DNA of 49,594 nucleotides from IMG/VR virus record IMGVR_UViG_3300021587_000025; one strand, written 5' to 3'. The position numbers and the translations under genes are program-made. Each line of letters opens with the position of its first letter. Position 1 is the stretch's first letter. Source of the stretch: a virus. Below are positions 9,906-19,479 of this stretch, one piece after another. The notes under the pieces are model-generated. The model saw only the letters and a list, made by a program, of their open reading frames with translations, did no database searches and was not told where the DNA came from.

Positions 9906-12900
9906 TCAAAATACGGATCTGATCGCTTTACCTATTTCTGTTCTTATTATTTCTTTTAAGCTTTCTTTGTCAACTCCTTTTGGTGGCTGACCTTCGAATT
10001 TCATGTTTATATCTACTTGGTGTTTTTGTGTTACAGTAGTTCCTGCTGGTATAGTAGGAGTCGGTACTGGAGTTGGTACCACTTCAGTTTGTGCAGCTAT
10101 AGTTTGATTTCCTATACCCTTCGATACTCCTTCACTAATGTTGTTTACTAATTCTTTAGAGGTTGTTTCTATGCCTCCTGTAACTGTAACAGTTGATTCT
10201 AAATTCTCTCCGAACAAATTTAATATTTTTTTACCCTCTTTATCGAGCTCTATATTGAGAGTGATTGGTTCACTTTCTATTTGTTTTATTGCCTCATTCC
10301 AGTCTTCCATGAAACTTTCACTATTTAAATCTAATGTTAGCTCTTTTTCGGTATCTATAGTGTTTACTTTGTTAACGAAATCATCTATTCGCTCAAATAA
10401 ATCATTCCATGTCTCGACATCCAATAATTCCTTGAGATCATCAGATAGCGTCATGCTTTTTAATTGCATATCCATGGTATTTAAGTTCTCCATAGCATAT
10501 TTTATAGCCTCAGGAAGAGTTTTTGTTAGAGTAACTTCAGGAGCTTCAGCCCCGCCCTCTTGAGCTTTCTTTATTATTTCTTTTATATCCTCGGGAAGCT
10601 TACCTGATTTCTCTTCGACCTCATCATATATATCAAGAATGTCTTTAAATGATTGCTCACTGCTTTTCGATAATGACTTAGGTACACCATAAATATCATG
10701 GAGTGACGATGTTATACCCGAAGATGCTTTATCCCATTGAGACTCTAAATCTCCAACTCCAACTGTACTTTCTCGGATTAATCGTAGATTACCAGTTACC
10801 CACCTCCATGCTTCTTTATATGCTTCTCGTTCTTCATCGGTGGTTGCTTTCATAGATTTTCTCTTTAATTTTTCTGCGAGTATACGAGCTTTTACCGCCC
10901 CCTCTACTATTTTTTCTGAAGCTGCTGTTTTATCACCCTGTTTTGCATACTTTATACTTTGTTTAACCAGTCTCCCGATTGCATCAACTTCATCATCATA
11001 TTGATTTATAACTTGACGAGTAATACCAGTTGCTTTTTCTTCTATATCTTTCACTTCGTCCCATGTATCATACATTCCGGAATAAGCACCAGCTAAATCT
11101 AAAGAAACATCATATAAATCACGGGAGGAACGAGTAAGGTCATCAAAAGATCTTTTTAATTCATTGTTTAAGTTTTTTAAATCAACTTCAGCTTTTATTA
11201 CATTTAAAATCGCTCCTACTACTTTTGAATACTGAATCTGTAATTTCTCGTTACTGGTAAGATATATGTTTGTTAGTTTATCTCTATCTTCTAATATTTT
11301 ATTGCCTTTGAACCAAGTGTCAGCAAGATTCTTATCTACTATCACCCATTTATTACCCATCCATATAAGATCATGACCAGTTTTTAATAGGGCTTCTCGT
11401 ACTTCGACGCCATTTTTACCTATCTTGATTGATGTGCCATGAGCTTTATTATAATTTTTAATTGTTCTTACTACATTTTTGTATGTTAATGAAGCTTCGT
11501 CATTTAGTGCTATTTCCGCTCGTCTCGCTTGTGCTTGCTTATCCCATAATTCTAATTCTTCTTCTCCAAATCTTCTTTTCTCCCTAAATATATTCTGAAG
11601 ATCCCTGAAATTCTTGAACTCTTCATCCGTTAAAACGCTTCGACTATTATATTCATCAATTATAGCATCTGCAGTTTTACGCGCTAATGAAATACTAATC
11701 ATATCAACTTTTGTTAATTCTTCTTTTCGCTTGCTTTCATCTTTTATACTGTCAGTAATATGCTGCCTCAATTTAGGCTCTATTTCTAACCACTCATCAT
11801 ATTCCTTAATAGTTTGTAAATGATCATTACTAACATTATTTTGCTGACGTACCCATTTAACACCTTCTCTTAATGCAATATTTCTTTGATCCCACAACTT
11901 ACTTTCGAATTCAAATGCTTTAGTCGCATCTCGTGCAGATTCTTTCATTTCTTCCATGCCTTCAATGAGGACTCTTTGTGGAGTATTAAACCCTTCTAAG
12001 ACTGAACGAAAATCAACAGAAAACAATTTGCCAAAAACTTTAGCATTCTCAACAATAGCTTTTGTTCCAAGTGCTATATAAGAAAAGAGTGCTTTATATA
12101 CTGGAGGTAATTTTCCTATGTTCTCACCTAATCTGTTTATCTCCTGAACATAAACATCAGTAGCGGTAGTAGCGCTATCCATTTCGTCATTCAATTTATT
12201 AATCAATTCGGCAGCTGCAGCTAACTGCTCTTCCACAGCTACCAATACACTCTTAAAACCAAGTAGAGTAGGTTGTAAGGCATCACCCAATTCTCGCCTT
12301 GCAGCCTCAGCTCTGTTCTGAAACACTTGTAACTTTGCAGAAGTTTTAGTAATAGCAATCGAATATTCTTTCTGTAGTGATGTACCCCACTTAAGTTCTT
12401 CATGAGCAGTCTCCATATTCTTCACTAATTGTGGATAATTCTCAGCAAGTGTAGCGATAGCAAATCCTGCAATCTCTCCGAAATGTTCATGCGCTTTCTC
12501 CATTCTCTGGACTCGTGAAGGTATTTCATTAAGCTTCTTAAGATACATCATTAGCGCTTGCATTGGATCTCTTTCCAACGCTTCTGCCCATGCCTTACCC
12601 TGGTCACCCATGAATTTGGTTATCTTAGATGCATTTGCAGCTAATTGCTGAAAAGTACGTCTCAATCGAGTACCAGCTCTTTCACCTGCCATACCTGCTC
12701 CAACAAGTGTAGCAGATAATGCAGCTGCTTGGTCTACCGTAAAGCCCATCATCTTACCTGCAGCACCAATATTCTTCATTGCAGAAACTATCTCTTCAGT
12801 TGTAGCAGCAGTTGTGTTTTCAAGTTCATTAATGATAGCACCCAATTTTTCAATTTCAGCGATAGGTAGTCCAAAAGCCTCACGTATTTTTGCTAATGCT

Positions 12901-14405
12901 TCTGCTGCTTGATCTGCTGTAAGAGTTGTAGCTATACTCAACTTTGCAACAGTTTTAGTAAAGGAAAGTAAGTTTTGAGTACCTGAAATACCCAAGCGTC
13001 CAGCCTCACTTGCTATACTTGCTAACGCCGTAGCAGCCATTGGTACATCTTTACTTAGTTTTGTTAATGCATCTCCTAATTCATTCATTTGATCAATTGT
13101 CAAATTGGCTGTCTTTCTTACCTCAAATAATGCATCCTGGAAAGAAATAAAAGGATTGAATAGCCAATCAGCTACCTGACCTATAGTTCGTAGTGCAGCG
13201 TCAAGTAGAAACACGGGACCAAGGACTGTAAGGAATCCCATGCCAACTTTCTTAACCAAGCCACCGATTTTTTCGAGACCAAGACCAAATTTACCCCAAG
13301 TTGTACCATGTCTTTTGAGACTCCTGTCCACTGTTAATATAGCACTGTTTTGCATCTTTGTTGTAGCATCAAGTTCTTTTCCTAATAACCGAGCTGTTTC
13401 TATTTGACGTACACGTGCCTTAAGTTGTTCTTGTAATGATTTATTAACTGCATTTATGCCTCGTTTTTCAATTTCTGCTGCAGCTTTCATCTGTAATGCA
13501 GCTAATCTACCTGATTTAACTTCCTCTCTGAAAATTCTTGAATTGGAATTCAATAAGATATTAAGGAACTTATTGGCATTTGTCTGCTTTTCTAATTCAT
13601 TAGTTACTATTTTAAATGAAGACGCAGCACCTCTTTGCGTGTTAGCCATGCGTTTGGACGCAGCTGCTATTTTATCTATCACTTTACCAAACGACGAATA
13701 CTGTTTGACTGCCTTCTTGAAACTTTCCGTATCACTCCGATGCCATTTATGAGAACGCTGTAAAGAATCGCTAAGTTTATCGTAGTTTTGTGCAGTAGAT
13801 TGAACTACCTTAGAACCTGAACGCTGTATTTTATAAGTTCGTTGTAAAGTACTACTCAGCTTATCATAATTTCCAGAGGCAGAACGCATAACATCAGCAT
13901 TAAATTTCTGCCACTTACCAGTATCTTGTAGCGTCTTACTAAGCTTATCATAATTCTTGACAGAAGCACTAATTATTTTTGAAGAAGCTTTCTGCTGCTG
14001 GTAATTTGCTTGGAGAGAATCACTAAATTTATCGTAATTCCTAAGTGTAGACTGAATAGTCTCTGCATTTGACTTTTGCCACTTACTGGTTTCTCGCAAA
14101 GACTGATCAAGTTTACTATAATATGAAGTAGAAGACTGAATAGCTTTTGCTGATGTCACATGGTGTTTCGCAACATTCTGAGTAGATGTAGCTAATTTAG
14201 AGTTTGCATCATATACACCTTGAAGTTTCTTCTCTAATCCACTAAACAGTGGTGTGAAATTTCGGAATGAATCTCTATAAGCATTAGAAATCACTTTAGT
14301 GCTACGAGCCAACTTTGTTATCCGTGCTTGTAGCCTTTGGAGAGTACGGTCTACAACTCCCGCACCAGTTATACTAAGTCCTACATTATATTCATAATCA
14401 GGCAA
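9906..14405 (-). CDS. Tail tape measure protein (TP901/PhageMin_Tail-type core)
   Basis: 1499 aa, helical; core 'FQDALFEVRKTANLT...ASEAGRLGISG...GMAGERAGTRLRRTF'; TTG start preceded by AGGA; lies after the chaperone genes. Confidence 0.92.
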   Translation of the reverse strand: MPDYEYNVGLSITGAGVVDRTLQRLQARITKLARSTKVISNAYRDSFRNFTPLFSGLEKKLQGVYDANSKLATSTQNVAKHHVTSAKAIQSSTSYYSKLDQSLRETSKWQKSNAETIQSTLRNYDKFSDSLQANYQQQKASSKIISASVKNYDKLSKTLQDTGKWQKFNADVMRSASGNYDKLSSTLQRTYKIQRSGSKVVQSTAQNYDKLSDSLQRSHKWHRSDTESFKKAVKQYSSFGKVIDKIAAASKRMANTQRGAASSFKIVTNELEKQTNANKFLNILLNSNSRIFREEVKSGRLAALQMKAAAEIEKRGINAVNKSLQEQLKARVRQIETARLLGKELDATTKMQNSAILTVDRSLKRHGTTWGKFGLGLEKIGGLVKKVGMGFLTVLGPVFLLDAALRTIGQVADWLFNPFISFQDALFEVRKTANLTIDQMNELGDALTKLSKDVPMAATALASIASEAGRLGISGTQNLLSFTKTVAKLSIATTLTADQAAEALAKIREAFGLPIAEIEKLGAIINELENTTAATTEEIVSAMKNIGAAGKMMGFTVDQAAALSATLVGAGMAGERAGTRLRRTFQQLAANASKITKFMGDQGKAWAEALERDPMQALMMYLKKLNEIPSRVQRMEKAHEHFGEIAGFAIATLAENYPQLVKNMETAHEELKWGTSLQKEYSIAITKTSAKLQVFQNRAEAARRELGDALQPTLLGFKSVLVAVEEQLAAAAELINKLNDEMDSATTATDVYVQEINRLGENIGKLPPVYKALFSYIALGTKAIVENAKVFGKLFSVDFRSVLEGFNTPQRVLIEGMEEMKESARDATKAFEFESKLWDQRNIALREGVKWVRQQNNVSNDHLQTIKEYDEWLEIEPKLRQHITDSIKDESKRKEELTKVDMISISLARKTADAIIDEYNSRSVLTDEEFKNFRDLQNIFREKRRFGEEELELWDKQAQARRAEIALNDEASLTYKNVVRTIKNYNKAHGTSIKIGKNGVEVREALLKTGHDLIWMGNKWVIVDKNLADTWFKGNKILEDRDKLTNIYLTSNEKLQIQYSKVVGAILNVIKAEVDLKNLNNELKRSFDDLTRSSRDLYDVSLDLAGAYSGMYDTWDEVKDIEEKATGITRQVINQYDDEVDAIGRLVKQSIKYAKQGDKTAASEKIVEGAVKARILAEKLKRKSMKATTDEEREAYKEAWRWVTGNLRLIRESTVGVGDLESQWDKASSGITSSLHDIYGVPKSLSKSSEQSFKDILDIYDEVEEKSGKLPEDIKEIIKKAQEGGAEAPEVTLTKTLPEAIKYAMENLNTMDMQLKSMTLSDDLKELLDVETWNDLFERIDDFVNKVNTIDTEKELTLDLNSESFMEDWNEAIKQIESEPITLNIELDKEGKKILNLFGENLESTVTVTGGIETTSKELVNNISEGVSKGIGNQTIAAQTEVVPTPVPTPTIPAGTTVTQKHQVDINMKFEGQPPKGVDKESLKEIIRTEIGKAIRSVF
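13701..14120 (-). repeat. Five tandem 84-bp (28-aa) repeats in the tape measure N-terminus
   Basis: Tyr codons of the Y(D/S)K(L/F)S..L units begin at 14120, 14036, 13952, 13868 and 13784, and a sixth at 13700; spacing is exactly 84 bp. Confidence 0.85.
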
Positions 14406-14415
14406 TTTTCCTAAA

Positions 14416-14709
14416 TTATTCTTCTGGTAATGTTACCCTTTCAAATATCAAATTGTGTAAGAAAATATAATCCTCTCTAAGAAAATCTTCTATTTCTATA
14501 TCTTTACCTATAATAGGTTCTTTCAAAAATGCCCTAAACAATGCATCAATTACTGGTTTTGTATATACTTCTTCTCTTGTAGGATTTATCCCTAATTTAT
14601 CTACTATTCTAAGTAGAGTATATGGTGTAATATTATTAACAGTAACTTCTAATCCACTTGGACATTTAATCTTTTTTGTATTCTTCTTTTTGTAATCTTC
14701 TATTTTCAT
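14416..14709 (-). CDS. Tail assembly chaperone, paralog 2
   Basis: 'EDYKK...K.PSGL...I.P...L.I...ALF.AF...P.I....EDF..ED' is shared with 14912..15268; position immediately before the tape measure. Confidence 0.7.
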   Translation of the reverse strand: MKIEDYKKKNTKKIKCPSGLEVTVNNITPYTLLRIVDKLGINPTREEVYTKPVIDALFRAFLKEPIIGKDIEIEDFLREDYIFLHNLIFERVTLPEE

Positions 14710-14906
14710 TTCAACAATCCCCTCCTTTTCATTTCTTCAATGCGTGCTAAATGAGATTCAAGCTCTTCACCACTCATAGTCTTACTACCCTCTTCGGAAC
14801 GAGCAGTTGCAACCAAAAAATCTAAATATATTCTTTCCATTAAACTCAAATCCCGATACGCATCTAACAGATCCGAGGGACGCAAACCAAAACGTTCACA
14901 TACCAC
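14706..14906 (-). CDS. Tail assembly chaperone C-terminal extension (gpGT-like, probably made by -1 frameshift)
   Basis: This frame is open back through the GGATTTT heptamer at the end of 14912..15268 (…D-F-F-Y-L-I-R-V-V-C-E-R-F-G-L-R-P-S-D). Confidence 0.75.
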   Translation of the reverse strand: MVCERFGLRPSDLLDAYRDLSLMERIYLDFLVATARSEEGSKTMSGEELESHLARIEEMKRRGLLK

Positions 14907-14911
14907 TCGGA

Positions 14912-15268
14912 TCAGGTAGAAAAATCCTTGTTATCATCTCTAATCTCCTCAAGCTCTTTGGCATCTGATAAACTAATTTGTTTTATAATAGTCGCAAGAA
15001 TAGCCTTGAAATCTTCAGATGTGAAATCCTCAACTGTCATCTCATCAGGTATAACTGGAGAAACTATAAATGCTTTAAAGAGAGCTTCGATATGTGCAGG
15101 AGAAAAGTAGTCATCGCCATCATCTTTGAATTGCTTTCTTATCTTTAGATGCACGAGTGGCGAGATGTCTTTGGTTTTTATTATTAGACCCGAAGGCAAT
15201 TTATAGTCTTTAATCTTCCCTTTCTTGTATTCTTCAAGATTCATTTGTTCATCTCCAAATAAATGCAA
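14912..15268 (-). CDS. Tail assembly chaperone (gpG-like), paralog 1; true start probably ATG at 15244 (MNLEEY)
   Basis: Lies between tail tube and tape measure; GGAGA RBS upstream of 15244; ends at a slippery site. Confidence 0.75.
   Translation of the reverse strand: MHLFGDEQMNLEEYKKGKIKDYKLPSGLIIKTKDISPLVHLKIRKQFKDDGDDYFSPAHIEALFKAFIVSPVIPDEMTVEDFTSEDFKAILATIIKQISLSDAKELEEIRDDNKDFST
14921..14927 (-). other. Programmed -1 ribosomal frameshift heptamer G GAT TTT
   Basis: Minus strand reads AAG GAT TTT TCT ACC TGA; the -1 frame GGA TTT TTC TAC CTG ATC CGA GTG GTA TGT joins ORF 14706..14906. This is the classic G/GT position. Confidence 0.75.
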
Positions 15269-15295
15269 TAAATATATTGTTATGCAATATTAGAA

Positions 15296-15781
15296 TTAGT
15301 GTGTTGATATGTTAGTAGCATCATAATCTACCGACTCAGTGACCAAATCACCAGCAGCTGTGGATGTTCTATATGAATGGAATTTAACACCATAGATTAC
15401 CCTATTGTAATCTGCAGAATTGCTACTCGATGTCGTATTCATCAAAATCTTACAAGACTGAAGACTCTCACCATACATACCGGTAGCAGCAAGTAAATCA
15501 AGATGACTGTTATTACCTGCATAAATGAATTCATTGTAAGTTGCATTTTTACTATATAGATTACGCTCTAATGTACCTGTGACCTCCTGCACACCTTCAA
15601 TCATCGAAACAGCATCTCGTGAACCAACAACGAAAATTTTATCTATATCTACAGAAGTATCCATCGTAAGAGAATTCAGCAATGGATCTCTGCCATCGTG
15701 CCAGATACTTTCATTAGGAGCGGATTCTAATCCTATTCTAACTCGATTCTTCCAACCTTTGACAGCCCCAAATTCAGGCAT
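15296..15781 (-). CDS. Major tail tube protein (short form)
   Basis: 161 aa; 'IDKIFVVGSRDAVSMIEGVQEVTGTLERNL' tube-like motif; precedes the chaperones and tape measure; GGAGGT RBS. Confidence 0.8.
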   Translation of the reverse strand: MPEFGAVKGWKNRVRIGLESAPNESIWHDGRDPLLNSLTMDTSVDIDKIFVVGSRDAVSMIEGVQEVTGTLERNLYSKNATYNEFIYAGNNSHLDLLAATGMYGESLQSCKILMNTTSSSNSADYNRVIYGVKFHSYRTSTAAGDLVTESVDYDATNISTH

Positions 15782-15827
15782 TTTAATCTACCTCCATACT
15801 ATTTTTTATTGTTATTTTTAATATCAG

Positions 15828-18248
15828 CTATATTATAACAGTGGGTTCAGGAGAAGTATGTTTACGAACCCTTAGGTTTTTTATATATGCATGTGCTTTG
15901 AGATCAGATCCTGTATATTTTCCTCCGATATTCAAAAAATCTAAAGTTGCAATTCCTGAAATATCAAGATTAGTATTAAGATAAGTTTCAGTGTAAGATA
16001 AATTTTGAATTGTAATATAAGCGGTATTAGAAAGACGCTTTAGAGAACATCGTAGCCAAACTCCAACAGTAGGATCATTACACCAATAGTCAGACTCTTG
16101 AAGGCTATTACCAATAGATATAGCGAGGCGAGAAGTAGGTTGAGTATTACAAAAAAGTGAAGATCCCCCATAATGTTCAAAAGCTATAAAATCCGATATC
16201 GAATTGAAAGTACCGAAATCATTAGACGCTCCAATAAAAAACAAACTACTGGGAATAGAAGATTCGAGATAGTATTCAAATTCGAGAGCAAAATTATTGA
16301 GACTCATTGGATGGTAAGCATAATCATCTGAGATAATTCGATTAGTATGAATATCCATACTTGCAGCATCGGTCTTAGCATATAAATATTTCGAATTGCC
16401 AGTTACCCATTTACTCGTATCTAATAGATAACCTTTGATAGCAGATTGATTACAAGTAGCATATCCTATCGCGCAACCTGCAGTAGAATCAGAAGTAGGA
16501 CAACCAAAATACCACATTCGAATAGTGTCCCCACCTATATCATCTTTAGCTATAACCGCATTTTCGATTCTATAACCATCCCACTCACCATCAGGGGCGA
16601 GATCCATAACCGGATTCTCGAAATATCGCTTCCAATTCACTAAATCCGTACTATATAGAAAGCCCAATTTCCAGTGAAGACCACTCGACTGCCCATTATA
16701 TCCCATAATATACTTACCAGATTCTATTTCACAAATTTTTGCATTCGCAACTCCATGATCATCCCAGGTAAACGGACCATCGCGTTCAACTACTGGATCG
16801 CCACCATTAAGTGGTGTCCATCCTGTTTCTCCATCACTATCACTTGTTATAGCTCCATAAATAGCAAAGAGGGGAGCTTTTGTACCTTCCATATACATCA
16901 CCCACCTGCCATCAGAAAGTTTGATAGCATATGGAAGAACCATAGAATACGGACTTTCAAGATTAAAATCACTCGCTGTGAGTATTGGATTTCCGGAATA
17001 CTTTGTCCAGTTAATACCATCAGAGCTTTCGGCTATGCCTATAGCATAAGAACCACCCGCCTTTCCGCCATAAAACATGATATAATCATTTGTACCTCGC
17101 TTTACAACTGAACCAATATTAACATCATCAGCATCCCACTCTCCAGCAGTGCCTTCTAATACAGGATTATTTGGGTCCTTTGTCCAATGAATGCCATCAT
17201 CGCTTGTTGCTCGTCCTATCCGCCCGATCCCTGAAGCGTCTTTCGCATCGTAGTACATAATGTATTTCCCATTCTCTCGCACCAAATAGCCTGTCGCATT
17301 TATCATTAATGTAGGATCTCTAACTCCAGAAGAATCCCACCCTGAATCAGACTTGATAAGAACGGGATTCCCTTCATAACGAGTCCACGGTTTTAATTTA
17401 ACAACATCAAAAATTTTATCATAGTAAACAGGAGAACTACCAGTCTTAAAATCATCAAAGAAGTCAAAGGTTGCATCTCCATTACTACTTGGATGAGGAC
17501 CAGTATCTCCATAAATCATCCATATATACACAGTACTACCAGCAGGTATTACAGGAATTTTGCACCAAATAACAGCATGATCATCGCCCCATGATTCTAT
17601 CCAGAAAGGTAATTCATTATCACTATTATCAACAAAATGGATATCAGAACCATCATCTGAAGAACTATCAAAATCGAAATTGCTTGGATCCAATTCTATT
17701 TTCACTTGATAATCATATAGTGTCTCACTGGTTCCTAAAATTGTAATCATTTGTCTATTCCCCTTCACAATCTTTAGTTGAGATGCATCATAATCAACTG
17801 ATTCTGCAACAATATCTCGTGCAGCATGAGCAATTCTGTAATTATGAAACTTAACATTGGTAATCACTCGTTCATACCCATCATCAACATCATCAGATTC
17901 TGGATTCCATAGTATTTTACATTCCAAACCTTCTGTTCCGCCCAATCCTGTTGCTTTTAACAAATCATAATGCGTAGAATCATTCACATAAATGAACTCA
18001 TTGTAGGTAGTATTTTTGCTATACAAATTGCGTTCGAGTGAACCAGTAACATCTTTAACACCTTCCACAATGGAAACAGGCAGCCTACTACCAATTACTG
18101 AAATCTTATCTATGTCTACACCCGTTTCGGTAGTAAATGAATTAAGTAAAGGGTCACGACCAGCTTTCCAGATACTCTCGTTTAACGCCGAAGATACACC
18201 AATTCTAATTCGATTATTCCATCCCTTAACTGCTCCATATTCAGGCAT
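15828..18248 (-). CDS. Tail tube paralog fused to DUF2341, a five-bladed beta-propeller glycosidase-like domain (GH32/43/68/130 clan) and a lectin-like domain
   Basis: The first ~160 aa are homologous to 15296..15781 (65 of the first 87 residues identical by manual count). Then come 'DYQVKIEL...DGSDIHFVD...WIESW...IWCKIP' (DUF2341), five W-x-K/R-Y-x-x-NPV/IL blades, and a C-terminal 'LRVRKHTSPEPTV'. Confidence 0.8.
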   Translation of the reverse strand: MPEYGAVKGWNNRIRIGVSSALNESIWKAGRDPLLNSFTTETGVDIDKISVIGSRLPVSIVEGVKDVTGSLERNLYSKNTTYNEFIYVNDSTHYDLLKATGLGGTEGLECKILWNPESDDVDDGYERVITNVKFHNYRIAHAARDIVAESVDYDASQLKIVKGNRQMITILGTSETLYDYQVKIELDPSNFDFDSSSDDGSDIHFVDNSDNELPFWIESWGDDHAVIWCKIPVIPAGSTVYIWMIYGDTGPHPSSNGDATFDFFDDFKTGSSPVYYDKIFDVVKLKPWTRYEGNPVLIKSDSGWDSSGVRDPTLMINATGYLVRENGKYIMYYDAKDASGIGRIGRATSDDGIHWTKDPNNPVLEGTAGEWDADDVNIGSVVKRGTNDYIMFYGGKAGGSYAIGIAESSDGINWTKYSGNPILTASDFNLESPYSMVLPYAIKLSDGRWVMYMEGTKAPLFAIYGAITSDSDGETGWTPLNGGDPVVERDGPFTWDDHGVANAKICEIESGKYIMGYNGQSSGLHWKLGFLYSTDLVNWKRYFENPVMDLAPDGEWDGYRIENAVIAKDDIGGDTIRMWYFGCPTSDSTAGCAIGYATCNQSAIKGYLLDTSKWVTGNSKYLYAKTDAASMDIHTNRIISDDYAYHPMSLNNFALEFEYYLESSIPSSLFFIGASNDFGTFNSISDFIAFEHYGGSSLFCNTQPTSRLAISIGNSLQESDYWCNDPTVGVWLRCSLKRLSNTAYITIQNLSYTETYLNTNLDISGIATLDFLNIGGKYTGSDLKAHAYIKNLRVRKHTSPEPTVII

Positions 18249-18315
18249 AACACTCTCCAGTAATTACTTTTCCATATAATTATAAAATCGCATAAGACGC
18301 ATATATTTAGCCGTG

Positions 18316-18403
18316 AACAAAATATTTTTACTTATCCTATACTTTATATTACCTTCCACAATAAAATTGCAATGAACATGATGTATGGACGTCTCACGCA
18401 AAA
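18316..18403 (-). promoter_or_regulatory. ~88-bp degenerate intergenic element, copy 1 (upstream of the tail tube genes)
   Basis: Minus strand: TTTTGC...AGACG..CATA....ATG.TCATTGCAAT...AAGGTA...AGGATA.GTAA...TATTTTGTT, shared in the same orientation with 26753..26839. Confidence 0.6.
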
Positions 18404-18404
18404 T

Positions 18405-18827
18405 TTATGCCTCTACCTTGACATGAACTACTGCTGATTGTAATATCCATTTCTCAATAGGAGAATATTCTAAATCTATACCGCCATTATAATCTAATTC
18501 ATACCATTTGGAATCATCATGACGTAATGTTCTAAGCTTTTCCATTATAGCATCTAAATCTTCTAATAACCGTGTACCTCGATAATCAAATGGTACTCTT
18601 GTGACTAAATGAATTTCTATTTCTATAATTGCATATTCATCTTCTTCTAATATTCCACCTCTATAGACAGGAGTTATTCTGGTTGGTACAATAAAACACA
18701 CAGGAAAGAAATCAGTAGCAGTAGGAAACCTTAAAAAATGCATTACCTTATAGTTACTAAGAGCATCATCGATTTCAGTCTTCAATATATCCATTACCAA
18801 ATTTAATTTATCAACTAAAGAAGTCAT
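18405..18827 (-). CDS. Tail terminator/completion-like protein
   Basis: 140 aa; 'FFPVCFIVPTRITPV...IEIEIHLVT'; located just before the tail tube genes. Confidence 0.6.
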   Translation of the reverse strand: MTSLVDKLNLVMDILKTEIDDALSNYKVMHFLRFPTATDFFPVCFIVPTRITPVYRGGILEEDEYAIIEIEIHLVTRVPFDYRGTRLLEDLDAIMEKLRTLRHDDSKWYELDYNGGIDLEYSPIEKWILQSAVVHVKVEA

Positions 18828-19153
18828 TTATTAACCTTTCTAATTTTATATATCTCACCTATAGAATTCATAGCCTGTTTGAGATAAGATTCGCCTACAC
18901 GTTTGAATTCACCTGCAGTTGCTGGCACTTCAGTAGTAAACCCGCCTGTACTAATTGTAAATAAATAAGCTGTATAGAAATTAACAGCTGCATTTTTGGC
19001 ATCAGAACTCACCTCACTCAAAACATCAGACGGATAAAATGTATTTAACCACACATTAGCGAGCTCTTTTAAATATATTAACTTCTCTTCTTGCTCACCA
19101 ACATTGAGTTCTAAAATCTGCCTAATCACCTCAATATTTCCATACTCACTCAT
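18824..19153 (-). CDS. Head-tail connector (HK97 gp6/SPP1 gp15-like)
   Basis: 109-aa helical protein 'YGNIEVIRQIL...AKNAAVNFYTAYLF'; neck-module position. Confidence 0.55.
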   Translation of the reverse strand: MSEYGNIEVIRQILELNVGEQEEKLIYLKELANVWLNTFYPSDVLSEVSSDAKNAAVNFYTAYLFTISTGGFTTEVPATAGEFKRVGESYLKQAMNSIGEIYKIRKVNK

Positions 19154-19479
19154 TTTTTCCTACTCGGATTCACATAAAAGAATTTTTCTTCATAAAAATG
19201 ATAGCCTTCTGATGTACCATGTATTATCGCATAATAACCTCCTTGTTGGAAAGAGGCATTTGAAAGATAAACATCAAGAGAGTATTCACCTGTTGCATTA
19301 TGATCCATGGGTTTGTTTTCAATGATTTTATTGTTATCGAAATCTACAATATCAAGATAAATTTCATCAGGATCCGCTAACTCGTTATTCGTATCACGAA
19401 CTTCTATTTTGAATGTTATACTATCACCAATCTCATACCTTTTTTCGACCGTTCTAATCACCCCTACATTTATGAACAA
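19150..19479 (-). CDS. Ig-like virion protein (BppU N-terminal-like); start codon uncertain
   Basis: 'YEIGDSITFKIEVRDTNNELADPDEIYLDI...ATGEYSLD...GGYYAIIHG' beta-sandwich pattern. Confidence 0.5.
   Translation of the reverse strand: MFINVGVIRTVEKRYEIGDSITFKIEVRDTNNELADPDEIYLDIVDFDNNKIIENKPMDHNATGEYSLDVYLSNASFQQGGYYAIIHGTSEGYHFYEEKFFYVNPSRKK

Noticed and set aside
15296-18827. Contractile tail (sheath/baseplate wedge)
   Set aside because: No sheath or gp25/gpJ-like genes; the long tape measure with Dit/Tal-like genes indicates a non-contractile tail.
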